The translations under genes were made by a program, and so were the position numbers. A DNA stretch of 62,971 nt, filler included, from Octopus bimaculoides (taxonomy: Eukaryota): NCBI RefSeq assembly GCF_001194135.2. It is 8 parts of 8 records of this genome, joined end to end, with 100 filler letters (N's around TTAATTAATTAA, not from the genome) between each part and the next. Parts side by side here need not be neighbours in the genome. Positions count along the whole stretch, not along the records: positions 15,787 to 29,940 come from NC_068998.1; positions 30,041 to 48,135 come from NC_068987.1; 6 more parts are not named here. One strand, given 5' to 3'. Below are positions 25,051-36,621 of this stretch, piece by piece. The notes under the pieces are model-generated. The model saw only the letters and a program-made list of their open reading frames with translations. It had not been told where the DNA came from and searched no databases. The first letter of the stretch is position 1. Each line of letters starts with the position of its first letter.

Positions 25051-26073
25051 AGTAGCGGGATAATACTAACAACGATAAAAAGACGAAATGGATGAGGATA
25101 AGGTGGAAGAGGGGAGGGGTGCTAATGACAAAAGGGCTCTGACACTGTGGTGGTGGCGGCGATGGTTGGCGGTTGGTGGATGGGGTCGGGTGGGGAGGTG
25201 TAGGGAGGCGTTGGCTATGTATCAGGTTTAGACACCTTCTAAATAGGGACCAAGTGACACTTGTTTAGTGAAACTGGCACCCTGCCTCCCTTTATGTGAC
25301 AACACTTTAGGGATCATATTTCATGACGTCCCCTTAAACCCCTGTAATTGACATACACACCCCGCTCTCACCTACACAGGGGCACACACCCACGCAGAGG
25401 CACACACACATACGCGCACACGCACACACACACACACATATACATATTATATATATATTCATATATATAGTTATATATATATATGTGCATATATATATAT
25501 ATATATATATANNNNNNNNNNNNNNNNNNNNNNNNNNNNNNNNNNNNNNNNNNNNNNNNNNNNNNNNNNNNNNNNNNNNNNNNNNNNNNNNNNNNNNNNN
25601 NNNNNNNNNNNNNNNNNNNNNNNNNNNNNNNNNNNNNNNNNNNNNNNNNNNNNNNNNNNNNNNNNNNNNNNNNNNNNNNNNNNNNNNNNNNNNNNNNNNN
25701 NNNNNNNNNNNNNNNNNNNNNNNNNNNNNNNNNNNNNNNNNNNNNNNNNNNNNNNNNNNNNNNNNNNNNNNNNNNNNNNNNNNNNNNNNNNNNNNNNNNN
25801 NNNNNNNNNNNNNNNNNNNNNNNNNNNNNNNNNNNNNNNNNNNNNNNNNNNNNNNNNNNNNNNNNNNNNNNNNNNNNNNNNNNNNNNNNNNNNNNNNNNN
25901 NNNNNNNNNNNNNNNNNNNNNNNNNNNNNNNNNNNNNNNNNNNNNNNNNNNNNNNNNNNNNNNNNNNNNNNNNNNNNNNNGTTGTTGTTCTTTAACCCTA
26001 GGTCAGCATCGGTTGAGCATGCCTACGATGAAAAGCGCTCCTACCATCCATGAATACTTCGCCTTTTTCCATC

Positions 26074-26116
<43 letters not shown>

Positions 26117-26229
26117 CATACACACAAACACACTCTCACACGCATACACACATGTAGACATGTATGTATGTATATATATGTATGTGTGTGTATGTATGCA
26201 TGTATGTATGTATATGTAACCGTTAATCC

Positions 26230-26286
<57 letters not shown>

Positions 26287-26374
26287 NNNNNNNNNNNNNN
26301 NNNNNNNNNNNNNCATACATGGAATTGTTACTCCCTACACATTTTTTCTCTCTATATTTTTTCCCCTCTTAATC

Positions 26375-26410
26375 CTTTCTGACGAAAGTTGTAGGCTCGA
26401 AACGTCAAAG
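26375..26410 (+). ncRNA. Minimal type I hammerhead ribozyme motif (Penelope-like repeat)
   Basis: cttt-CTGACGA-aagt tgtag gctc-GAAAC-GTC-aaag: stem I cttt/aaag, palindromic helix III ACGU, predicted cleavage after 26406; helix II has an A.C mismatch. Confidence 0.65.
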
Positions 26411-27052
26411 ACTTTTCCGTTCTTCTCGAACACCAAACTAATAAAACCGGTTTGTTGTTTCCTCACATGTCTTCGTCTCTCGTTTTCTGTAGATTTGAAT
26501 TATGTGTGTGTGTGTGTGTGTGTGTGTGTTTATACTCTTTTACTCTGTAATAACGAAGCTTCCGTTGGCTGGGCTACGGACACCGCATGTGAGACAGGAG
26601 GAAAAATCTGCCTTCGGCCAGTTAACCATACGGCTGACGGTCTCATCTTCGTTTGCAAGAGCAACATCAAGTGTCTTTAAATACACTTGCACGTGCACAC
26701 GCACTCAGACACATACACGCACACACACACACACACACATGCATCTAGATTCTTCTTGTAGTGCACACAACTTGGAAGTCCATTACATTCTGTTCTTCCA
26801 GTTGGACAGTTGATAATCAAGATGGCCAACGAAATTACTTCCCCGGCGTTTTTGCTAGCTCCCAGTATTTCTATTGGTGACTAAAGGTGGGTTTGAACTT
26901 AGACCCTGCAGAGACGAATTAGATATTGCAATGCAGCTTACACGACCGGTGCTCTAACAACCCGCTAGGAGACGGAGAGAGAGAGAGAGAGAGAAACAGG
27001 AGACAGAGAGAATAAAGAGAGAGAATGGATGACTTTTCGAAACCGAGAGAGA

Positions 27053-27092
<40 letters not shown>

Positions 27093-28920
27093 CGATGTTT
27101 TTTGTTTGTTATGTTATGTGTGTTGTTGTTGTGGTCATGTGTCACGTGGTCCCTTTAGATTTATAATGTCTGACATATTGTTGTCAACGTAACTTTGTTA
27201 AAAAGCTGATGAGCCCCGAATAGAGAACGCCATCGTCGNNNNNNNNNNNNNNNNNNNNNNNNNNNNNNNNNNNNNNNNNNNNNNNNNNNNNNNNNNNNNN
27301 NNNNNNNNNNNNNNNNNNNNNNNNNNNNNNNNNNNNNNNNNNNNNNNNNNNNNNNNNNNNNNNNNNNNNNNNNNNNNNNNNNNNNNNNNNNNNNNNNNNN
27401 NNNNNNNNNNNNNNNNNNNNNNNNNNNNNNNNNNNNNNNNNNNNNNNNNNNNNNNNNNNNNNNNNNNNNNNNNNNNNNNNNNNNNNNNNNNNNNNNNNNN
27501 NNNNNNNNNNNNNNNNNNNNNNNNNNNNNNNNNNNNNNNNNNNNNNNNNNNNNNNNNNNNNNNNNNNNNNNNNNNNNNNNNNNNNNNNNNNNNNNNNNNN
27601 NNNNNNNNNNNNNNNNNNNNNNNNNNNNNNNNNNNNCACCACCACCACCACCACCACCACCACCACCACCAATACCACGATCCCAATAGCTACTCAGATA
27701 TGCATTCACGCGCATACGCATACGCACGCATAAGCACACATCACTGCTAACGCACATGCACGCATAGGCATACATATGCACACACAAACAGAAACACATA
27801 CCCCGATAAATACACACACACAAACACACACACGCACACACACACACACACATATATATAAAGTCAGACGTACGAACAATCACATGCATAAATATATACC
27901 TTCATATACATATGCAAACTTACACAAACGTACACATGCATTTGCATATAGGATACATATACATATATCTACATATATGTGTGTGTGTATATATATATAT
28001 ATATACACGCACACACGCACACTCACTCCTCCTCCTACGCCCCCCTGGCATCCCTGTCTGTCAGTCAAATCTTTTCCATCTTCACTTTTGTCTGTCACTT
28101 CTGGTCTTTGTCTTTATTAACAACAACAATAACAATTAGTAGTCTTGCCGTCACTGTACCACCACCGCCACCACCACCACCACCACCACCACCACCACTA
28201 ATGTTACGGCGCTCCCACTTTCACCAGACCACCACACCGCCACCACTGCCACNNNNNNNNNNNNNNNNNNNNNNNNNNNNNNNNNNNNNNNNNNNNNNNN
28301 NNNNNNNNNNNNNNNNNNNNNNNNNNNNNNNNNNNNNNNNNNNNNNNNNNNNNNNNNNNNNNNNNNNNNNNNNNNNNNNNNNNNNNNNNNNNNNNNNNNN
28401 NNNNNNNNNNNNNNNNNNNNNNNNNNNNNNNNNNNNNNNNNNNNNNNNNNNNNNNNNNNNNNNNNNNNNNNNNNNNNNNNNNNNNNNNNNNNNNNNNNNN
28501 NNNNNNNNNNNNNNNNNNNNNNNNNNNNNNNNNNNNNNNNNNNNNNNNNNACAACGACCACAAGGACAACCGTCATCAACACCACCACCATTACCATCAC
28601 TACCACAATTATAACCATTGACGTTACCACCTGCACAACCCTTAATGATACCACCACCACTACCACCGCCCCCCCACCACATTATTGCCATCATCAAAGC
28701 ATCCCCACCACCACCACCAGTGCCGTTCCCGTCACACCGCCGCCGCTGCGCTCTGCCGTCTCCGCCACCGTTCCGATTGGCACAAACTTCAGACCAGATG
28801 GTGGTGTTAAGCAAGGCGACGTGTTACCTCCACGACTGTTATCTTAGAGAGGGACGATTGGGTGCAGTGTTTAGCGTGCAGTAGAGGAGGTTATTTTTTT
28901 TTGAGAGGTGGGGGGAAGGG

Positions 28921-29510
28921 CTAGGGGTTGCGAGATAGAACGCACGGGTGTTTTGTGGTGATGGTGGGGTGGATGGTAAGGATGCTGGTTAGGTGGGAGT
29001 GGTGACATCGATGGTGGCGTCGAGGATAAGGGTTGGTGGCGATGATAATGTCGAGGATGGCGTTACAGAAACACTGTGGTGTATATGATGATGATGATGA
29101 TGAGGATGATGATGATGATGATGATGTTGGTGATGATGATGGTGATGATGACGACGACGATGGGAACGATGAAGACAACGTGACACAATGTACATGAGGA
29201 CGACAACGACGACGACGACGGCGAGCACGATGATGATGATGATGATGATGAGGAGGAGGAGGAGGAGGAGGAGGAGGCTGATGAGGATGTGTATGATGAT
29301 GACGACGACGACGACAAAAGAAGAAGAAAAACAAGAAGATGATGATGATGATGATGATGATGAGGATGATGTGTATGATGTGTATGATGACGACGACGAC
29401 GACAAAAGAAGAAGAAGAAGAAGAAAAACAAGATGATGATGATAATGATGACGTCGATGGTGTTGACGGTGATGACGATGATGATGATGACGGTGATGAT
29501 GATATTAATG
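28921..29510. repeat. Complex GAT/GAC/GAG/GAA triplet array with an internal ~70-bp duplication
   Basis: The unit gaggat..gtgtatgatgatgacgacgacgacgacaaaagaagaagaa..aaacaaga occurs twice (about 29280-29345 and 29360-29435). Confidence 0.85.
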
Positions 29511-29838
29511 TCACACTAACACGCTACAACCTAATGTATATGACCAATGACACACATACGCCATTTTGCAATCACAGATTATTGTCAAGGTGTTAGCGTG
29601 TGAGATATAGCCCACGGCACTTCTTACCAGTCTGCCCGCCTGCCTGCCTTCCCGCCTGCCTGCCTGCCCGCCTGCCTGCCTGTGAATCTGTCTGTCTTAC
29701 TGTCTGCCTGTCTGTCTCTTCAACCAAGTGCGTTTTGTTTTTAAAATATATTTTCATTCGTGTAGAAAAATAAAATAAAACAAAATATGCTTCAACACAC
29801 GAATTCACATAAAGAATCTTACAAACCAAATACGAAAA

Positions 29839-29874
<36 letters not shown>

Positions 29875-30458
29875 TTTTATTCTTTTACATGTTTCAGTCA
29901 TTTGATTGCGGCCATGCTGGAGCACCACATTTAGTCGAGCNNNNNNNNNNNNNNNNNNNNNNNNNNNNNNNNNNNNNNNNNNNNTTAATTAATTAANNNN
30001 NNNNNNNNNNNNNNNNNNNNNNNNNNNNNNNNNNNNNNNNAAAAAATTATGAATGAAAAAATTAGGAAAGAAAAAATTATTAAGAATAAAAGGTTAAACT
30101 TTATATATATATATACAAAGTTTTGATTAAAAAAAAAACTTTAACGATATTATAAACTATAAAGATTAATAATTAATCAAATAATATTAATCAAAAATAA
30201 TCGAAAATATATCAACACTATTCCAATCGAAGTTCTAATATTATGTTGAAATGAAACTATAACTTCTAAATAATATAGTGTTAAATAAGTTAAATAAGTT
30301 ATCTATTAAAATAATCTATAAAGAACCAAATGAATAGTATAAAAACAAGAATACATATTATTTTCAAATAGTAGAAAATCTTTATATATATGTAAATATA
30401 TAAAAACAAACAGATAAAGAGTGCAAAGGTAAGGTTGGAGAAGTATTTTGTGGATAAA

Positions 30459-30507
30459 GTCTTACAGCTGTTTCTGGGAAGTTCCAGTACTTCCCTTCAT
30501 CGGAGAC
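30459..30507 (-). ncRNA. Type I hammerhead ribozyme motif with a CCGAUGA core
   Basis: Minus strand gtct-CCGATGA-a gggaagt actgga acttccc a-GAA-ACAGCTGT-A-agac: 4-bp stem I, 7-bp helix II, palindromic helix III, GUA site. Confidence 0.65.
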
Positions 30508-30779
30508 AGAAAAAATAAAGTAATCTATTATTATATCCATAGGCGGATATTTTTAGTATGAAGTGGTAACCAATTAAACAGGTCCTACAAGCTAGCATCA
30601 ACATCCGCCTTAAATGAGGTCAACACCAGCCACTGCAGAATCATGAAGAAGCTAAAAGTGGACCACAGAACAAAACCGTACTGCCCCACACCTCCACACT
30701 TCAACCTCAAGGATCACAAAACGGACTTCAATACAAAAACTTCGATTCGTCTAATATGCCCTACAAAATCCGACCTCGG

Positions 30780-31049
30780 AATCTGAAAGAAGCCCGTCGT
30801 ATATATGTATATGTACATATATATATATGTATGTGTGTGTTTGTGTGTCTGTGTTTGTCCCCCCAACATCGCTTGACAACCGATGGTGGTGTGTTTACGT
30901 TCCCGTAACCTAGCGGTTCGGCAAAAGAAACCGATAGAATAAGTACTAGGCGTCCAAAGAATAAGTCCTGGGGTCGATTTGCTCGACTAAAGGTGGTGCT
31001 CCAGCATGGTCGCAGTCAAATGATTGAAACAAGTAAAAGAGTAAAAGAG

Positions 31050-31050
<1 letters not shown>
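30780..31050 (+). mobile_element. Composite SINE (end of B head + microsatellite + C tail)
   Basis: ctgaaagaagcccgtcgtatatatg...gtgtttgtccccccaacatcgcttgacaaccg...ctccagcatggtcgcagtcaaatgattgaaacaag. Confidence 0.85.
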
Positions 31051-31080
<30 letters not shown>

Positions 31081-31385
31081 GCGTATACATGCATAGGTAT
31101 ATATATTTATGTAACTAACAAACAGGTATCTCAAAAGTAAATAGACACCATTCATCTCACGTGTGTGTGTATGGTGTGGCGGCAAAGATTGTGTGTGCGT
31201 GTGTGTGTGTGTGTGTAGTGGTGGCGGCGAAGGCTGTGTCCGTTATATGAAACAAAATGAGTAATATTCATAATGTTTACACAATTTTCTTCCGTTAAAC
31301 CGTTAATTGGAATCAGAAAGATGGAAGAGATATATAAACAAGTTGAGAAAAGACAAAATAAATTAGTTTTTCTTTCTGGCACTAG

Positions 31386-31432
31386 GTCAACCATATGTAG
31401 AGATGGAACGATCGAACCTTATGATATTACAG
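31386..31432 (+). CDS. Candidate 47-nt exon (QPYVEMERSNLMILQ)
   Basis: tttttctttctggcactAG acceptor, CAG|GTACTG donor, open frame. No homologue recognised; an overlapping 71-aa ORF (31273-31488) is an alternative reading. Confidence 0.2.
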
Positions 31433-31581
31433 GTACTGATGTGTCCGACTCTGTTTATATTACAGGAGTTGAAATGCAAAATGCATAATTAATGACGGAA
31501 TGATAGAGTGAACGTAAATATCGGTTTCAAATTTTGACACAAGGCCAGAAATTTCGGAGAAAGTAGTAAGTCGACTACATA

Positions 31582-31752
31582 TTTACTTGTTTATGTCATT
31601 TGACTACGGCCATGCTGGAGCACCGCCTTTAGCCGAACTAAGCGACCCCAGGATTTAGTCTTTGCCGAACCGCTAAGTTACGGGGACGCAAACAAACCAA
31701 CATCAGTTGTCAAGTGATGGTGGTGGTGGTGGGACAAACACAGACACACAAG

Positions 31753-31833
<81 letters not shown>

Positions 31834-31997
31834 ATGTATATACGAGGCTTCTTTCAGTTTCCGTCTGCCAAATCCACTCACAAAGCTTTGGTTGCCCGAG
31901 GCTATAGTACAAGTTATTTACCCAAGGTACCACACAGAGGGACTGAGCCCGGAACCATGTGTTTGGGAAGCAAACTTCTTACCACACAGCCACTCCT
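31582..31997 (-). mobile_element. Composite SINE (B head + (TG)/(TA)n + C tail)
   Basis: Reverse complement contains both the B head and the C tail joined by a microsatellite. Confidence 0.85.
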
Positions 31998-31999
31998 AT

Positions 32000-32460
32000 A
32001 CCTGGTACTTATTTTATCCACCTAGAAAGGATAAAAGGAAAAGTCGATCTCGGCGTAATTTGAACTCAGAACGTAAAATCAGACGAAATACTAAGCATCT
32101 GTCCGGCTTGAAAAATGTTCTGTCAGCTCGCCGACTTACAGAATACAGTGACAATACTTTCAAATTTTGGCACAAGGCCAGCATTCCCGAAGGGGGACGG
32201 GGTAGTCGGTTACATCGACCCCAGAATTCAACTGGCACTTATTATTATTATTATTTTTTTGAGCTCAGAAGTTAAAGACGGACGAAATACCGCTAATCAT
32301 TTTGTCCGGCGTGCTAACGATTCTGCCAGTTCGCCGCTTTACAGTAAACTTAAATATTTTTTCTACTCTAGACACAAGGCCCGAAATTTTGGAGGAGGAA
32401 ACAAGTCGATTAGATCGATATCAGTACGCAACTGGTACTTAATTTATCAACTCAGAACGT
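32000..32460 (-). mobile_element. Cluster of family A SINE fragments
   Basis: Several copies of tttgaactcagaacgta..gacgaaatac, and of acaaggcc..atttt..agtcgatt..atcga..cagtacgcaactggtactt. Confidence 0.8.
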
Positions 32461-32904
32461 CTCGCCGTCTTAGTAAACGTAAATATTAAGATAGGGTTTC
32501 TATAGAGGAGCCATTGCCATTGCTTCGTCTCATTTCAGAGCTGATAAAGATGAGGTGTGATCAAACTTGTTCCAACCGTGACTCTCCCGTGTCCATTTGT
32601 CGTCCTTTTTTAGTATATTGCATCTCAGGGCGACTGTATCTTTTCTACATTTTTTATAAAAGAAATATCTGCTGGAGGGTTATTTCACGGAGATTTTGTT
32701 AAGCGACCATTTACGAACTTCCGATTTGGGTCGAATGTTTGTTTAAATATTCCAATCCTGGTTCACAGGTTCGAAAACTGTTCCAGGAGAAATTCCCCAG
32801 ACAATTCCACACTGTTTAATATTATATCAAATCCTAATCTATTTAGAAATTATACGAAGACATTAGCCATTCATGCGATAGCTGTGACTCTTGCCTTCGC
32901 TCCC

Positions 32905-32946
<42 letters not shown>

Positions 32947-33019
32947 CTTTGTGGTTTGCATGTCTGTCTTTTCCTCTCCCTTTCATACTACCACTGTCCC
33001 TGGCACTTTTTTGTTTGAG

Positions 33020-33020
<1 letters not shown>

Positions 33021-33097
<77 letters not shown>

Positions 33098-33120
33098 TTT
33101 CTTTCTTCCTTTCTTTCTTC

Positions 33121-33175
<55 letters not shown>

Positions 33176-33194
33176 TCCTTCTTTCTTTCTTTCA
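33021..33194. repeat. (TTTC)n microsatellite, followed by a (CTA)/(CCA)n array at 33280-33485
   Basis: Direct reading. Confidence 0.9.
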
Positions 33195-33277
33195 TGTATT
33201 CTGATCTTTAGATCTCAAAGTTCAACCCACTTGTAACACTTTAAATCGGATATAACAAAGATAAAGTAACAACAGCA

Positions 33278-33363
<86 letters not shown>

Positions 33364-33393
33364 CACCAGCAGCACCACCAACAACACCACCAA

Positions 33394-33440
<47 letters not shown>

Positions 33441-33754
33441 GCACCACCAGCACCACCAACAACACCACCAATACCACCACTACCACTGGTTATATTGTTA
33501 CAGACAACCACAAAAGCATATTCAACAGACAATAATGTCACGAAAAGAAGTGCAGATTCTATCAAAGTGTAAAGGCGTTAAAAAGAGAGTTAACCAGAAT
33601 GTGTAGATACAGAGAAAACAAAAAAAAAAACTGTGACAATGGTTATAGGTGCCATTGGAAGGATAAAAGGTATGCAGATAAATATATAAACAAAACACCA
33701 AGACTTAGAAGTGCTCACAACAGACTTACAATAGCATTATTATGTCTCTTACAG

Positions 33755-33912
33755 ATATTGTGTGCAGTAAACCAAAGACATACATACACAGTGGTACATA
33801 ACAGAACGAAAATAGTACTTCCAGGCACTGAAAGTATCTCATATACGAGGTGGCTACCTATTGAAAGAGAAGGATGGTTCCGCAGTAGCCCTCTTATGGT
33901 CATTCATGAATG
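33755..33912 (+). CDS. Candidate 158-nt exon (ILCAVNQRHTY...SPLMVIHEW)
   Basis: tatgtctcttacAG acceptor, TG|GTATGT donor, only one open frame; phase-compatible with 31386-31432. Could instead be a transposon remnant. Confidence 0.22.
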
Positions 33913-34363
33913 GTATGTCAATTTTGGAGGATACCTGATTGATCAGATTATCTTTGGCTTTCACATTGAGTTGGTACCAGTTGCAACGAAGCAAATGATC
34001 TACACCCTCTTTATCTAGCTTGCTATTCAATACATCAATATATATTATTCAAAATTGTCGTTGGATATTCTGAATTATTCTTTTTAGCTCATTTTCGTTT
34101 CATATATTACCGTACATACATACTTAGATACATACATACATACATACATACATACTACATACATACATACATACATAGATACATACATACGTACATACAT
34201 ACTACATACATACGTACATACGCACATACATACATACATACATTCTTACCTACCGATCTACCTATCTACCTGTCGCCCTACCAACATAAATACATTCATT
34301 CATACATACATAATACATACATGCATGCATACATACATACATACATACATACATACATACACA

Positions 34364-34720
34364 TATGTAGCACAGTGTCTAAGTACCAATCTTGAGACAT
34401 TAGGCTTCCCAAAACCAAAAAGGAGAAAGCTGATTCGAAGACAACAGATCCAAACCACGTCTGGAACTCTAAAAATCTGTGAAATTTGTCATTTAAGTAT
34501 ATATGAGCATGTCTAGACATGCAACAATATGCATGAGATTACAAAAAAGGAAATATGCAAATCTGCACATTCAATGACACCAAATATTACACATATATTC
34601 AAATACATGCAAAAGTACCCTGCTGATGTTGTTGAAATTCCAATGAAGGAGTCTTGGATAGGTTAGAAACGGGCTCTTTCTCTATTGACAAGAAATCTTG
34701 AAATAAAACCGAATAATGAC
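34364..34720 (+). mobile_element. REL-endonuclease (R4/Dong/NeSL-like) LINE: extreme 3' end, copy 1
   Basis: YVAQCLSTNLETLGFPKPKRRKLIRRQQIQTTSGTLKICEIC parallels the C-terminus of copy 2; putative 3' UTR ends aataaaaccgaataatga then (CATA)n. Confidence 0.6.
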
Positions 34721-34792
34721 ATACATACATATATACATACATACATACATACATACAATTATACATAAGACAGACGAATTGACGATATTGAA

Positions 34793-35290
34793 AACGATGA
34801 GTCAAAAGAATATTGGTGGAATTTGAAAATTAAACCAGCTACTAAATTAAAAATACCACTGGCCAGATATTGTTGTGTTGGACCACAAATAAAATATATG
34901 ATCTTTTGTAGAAATCATTTGTCCTCTGGTCCCCAATTTGGTTACAAAAATACAAGAAAAAGAGGACTTCTATGGACTATTAATAAAGAATTTACAAATA
35001 TAATACCCAAGATACGCTTTCAACTTCATACCTATTATTAATGGAGTAACTGTATGTATACCAACCTGTCTGGAGCGAAGTATAGCTGAAGTTGGCATCA
35101 TGAGGAGGAAAGACAAATCCCTAATTCATACGCTACAAATGATCATGATACCTGGGATTGTAAAAATCTGCAGGACTTTCTTAAGATTTAAAGGATAATG
35201 AACAAACCAAGATGCTTTCCTTCACAACCTTACTACGAAATAGGTAGACGGTCAAAATTTACTCTAAATTAAAAAGAGAAAAAGAAGAAC
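34793..35290 (+). mobile_element. REL-endonuclease LINE: C-terminal endonuclease region, copy 2
   Basis: KEYWWNLKIKPATKLK /frameshift/ PDIVVLDHK*NI*SFVEIICPLVPNLVTKIQEKEDFYGLLIKNLQI*YPRYAFNFIPIINGVTVCIPTCLERSI...LQMIMIPGIVKICRTFLRF*: PD-(D/E)xK-type motif followed by the IPII.G pattern typical of REL LINEs; stop at 35196-35198. Confidence 0.75.
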
Positions 35291-36039
35291 ATACATACAT
35301 ACATACATGCATACATGCATGCATACATAGGTAAGTACATGCATACATACGTACATACATACATACATACATACATACATACACATATACACAACATACA
35401 TACATGCATGTATACATACATACGTACGTAATACATAATACACTTACACACATACATGACCATACATACATACATACACACACATATTACACTCACACAT
35501 CCACAATTTCACATTTTATTTCCTTTTCATATCTATTACTTCTTCCAGTAATTGGGCTGTGGCAATGCTGGGGCATCGCTTCCAAGTATTTAATATGATA
35601 AATCGATTTCAGTACTCATCTCCTAAATCTGTTACTTATTCTATTAGTATACTTTGCCAAACCGCCTGGTGAATGGGACATAAACAAACCAACACCAGCA
35701 GACAAGTGGTGATGACGGGGAAAGACAAGCCCCAATACACCACCCCCGCATACACGTATATACATACATACATACATACATACATACATTCATACATAAT
35801 ATACAACGTATACGAAACTGATCCACAATTTATTGTTGGCTCGGAGGTTATAATAAAAGACAATTGTCCAGGTTGCTGCACAGTGGGACCGAACCCGAAG
35901 GGTATGGTTGCAAAACGAGCTTCTTACAGACACAGCCATGCACAAACATTTATGTATACATGTATTCATGCAATACATGGACTTTCTTGTCAATTTCGAC
36001 ATATGTGTTGACCAGTTTTGCGATCAATTGTATGATCTA

Positions 36040-36302
36040 CTCATTCATTTAACGACATAAATGCCTGAGTATTCCGCAGGTACTTGCACGCTAGCGTAAT
36101 TCTCGGATAGAATCTGCATGATATAGCGCGACAAATCTGCACCTATGGTCCGAATCAACTCGAAGTGATTCTACAGCTTCCATCTATTCAATTTTAAGTT
36201 GAGCGAAGCTTTAGTAAAGAAACGAGACGAACGTGTCTCGTGGTGGTATCGAAACCGGGACCTCGTGGTTAAGAATCAAATACCTTGACCATTCAGCCAT
36301 GC
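36040..36302 (-). mobile_element. tRNA-derived SINE (further family)
   Basis: Minus strand gcaTGGCTGAATGGtcaagg...GGTTTCGATACC (A and B boxes). Confidence 0.55.
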
Positions 36303-36422
36303 ATACATTGTTCTATCTATGTGAATATAAATATAGAGGTATGCATAGCTAAGTTGCTGAGGATATATATATATATATATATATATGTATTTATGTATGT
36401 ATGTACACACATGCGCGCGCAA

Positions 36423-36454
<32 letters not shown>

Positions 36455-36578
36455 ATATACAAACGCATATACATAAACACTCATAAATGTATGTTTTAAT
36501 GTATGTATACATCCGCCTATATGTTTATGCATGTAACTGTCCAATCTATCTATCTATCTGTCTATCTATCTATCTATC

Positions 36579-36621
<43 letters not shown>

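Noticed and set aside
27206-27232. CTGATGAGCCCCGAATAG as a hammerhead start
   Set aside because: Helix II 3' strand and GAAA are missing; sequence then runs into a gap.
29188-29596. Acidic D/E-rich or His-rich low-complexity protein
   Set aside because: Mixed triplet array, no splice signals or consistent frame; frames switch between poly-D, poly-M and poly-stop.
30041-30400. Very AT-rich stretch as a mitochondrial insertion
   Set aside because: No recognisable mitochondrial gene, rRNA or tRNA sequence.
34636-34682. Hammerhead-like CCAATGA...GAAAC in the REL LINE 3' UTR
   Set aside because: No GUH site, no stem I pairing and poor helix II.
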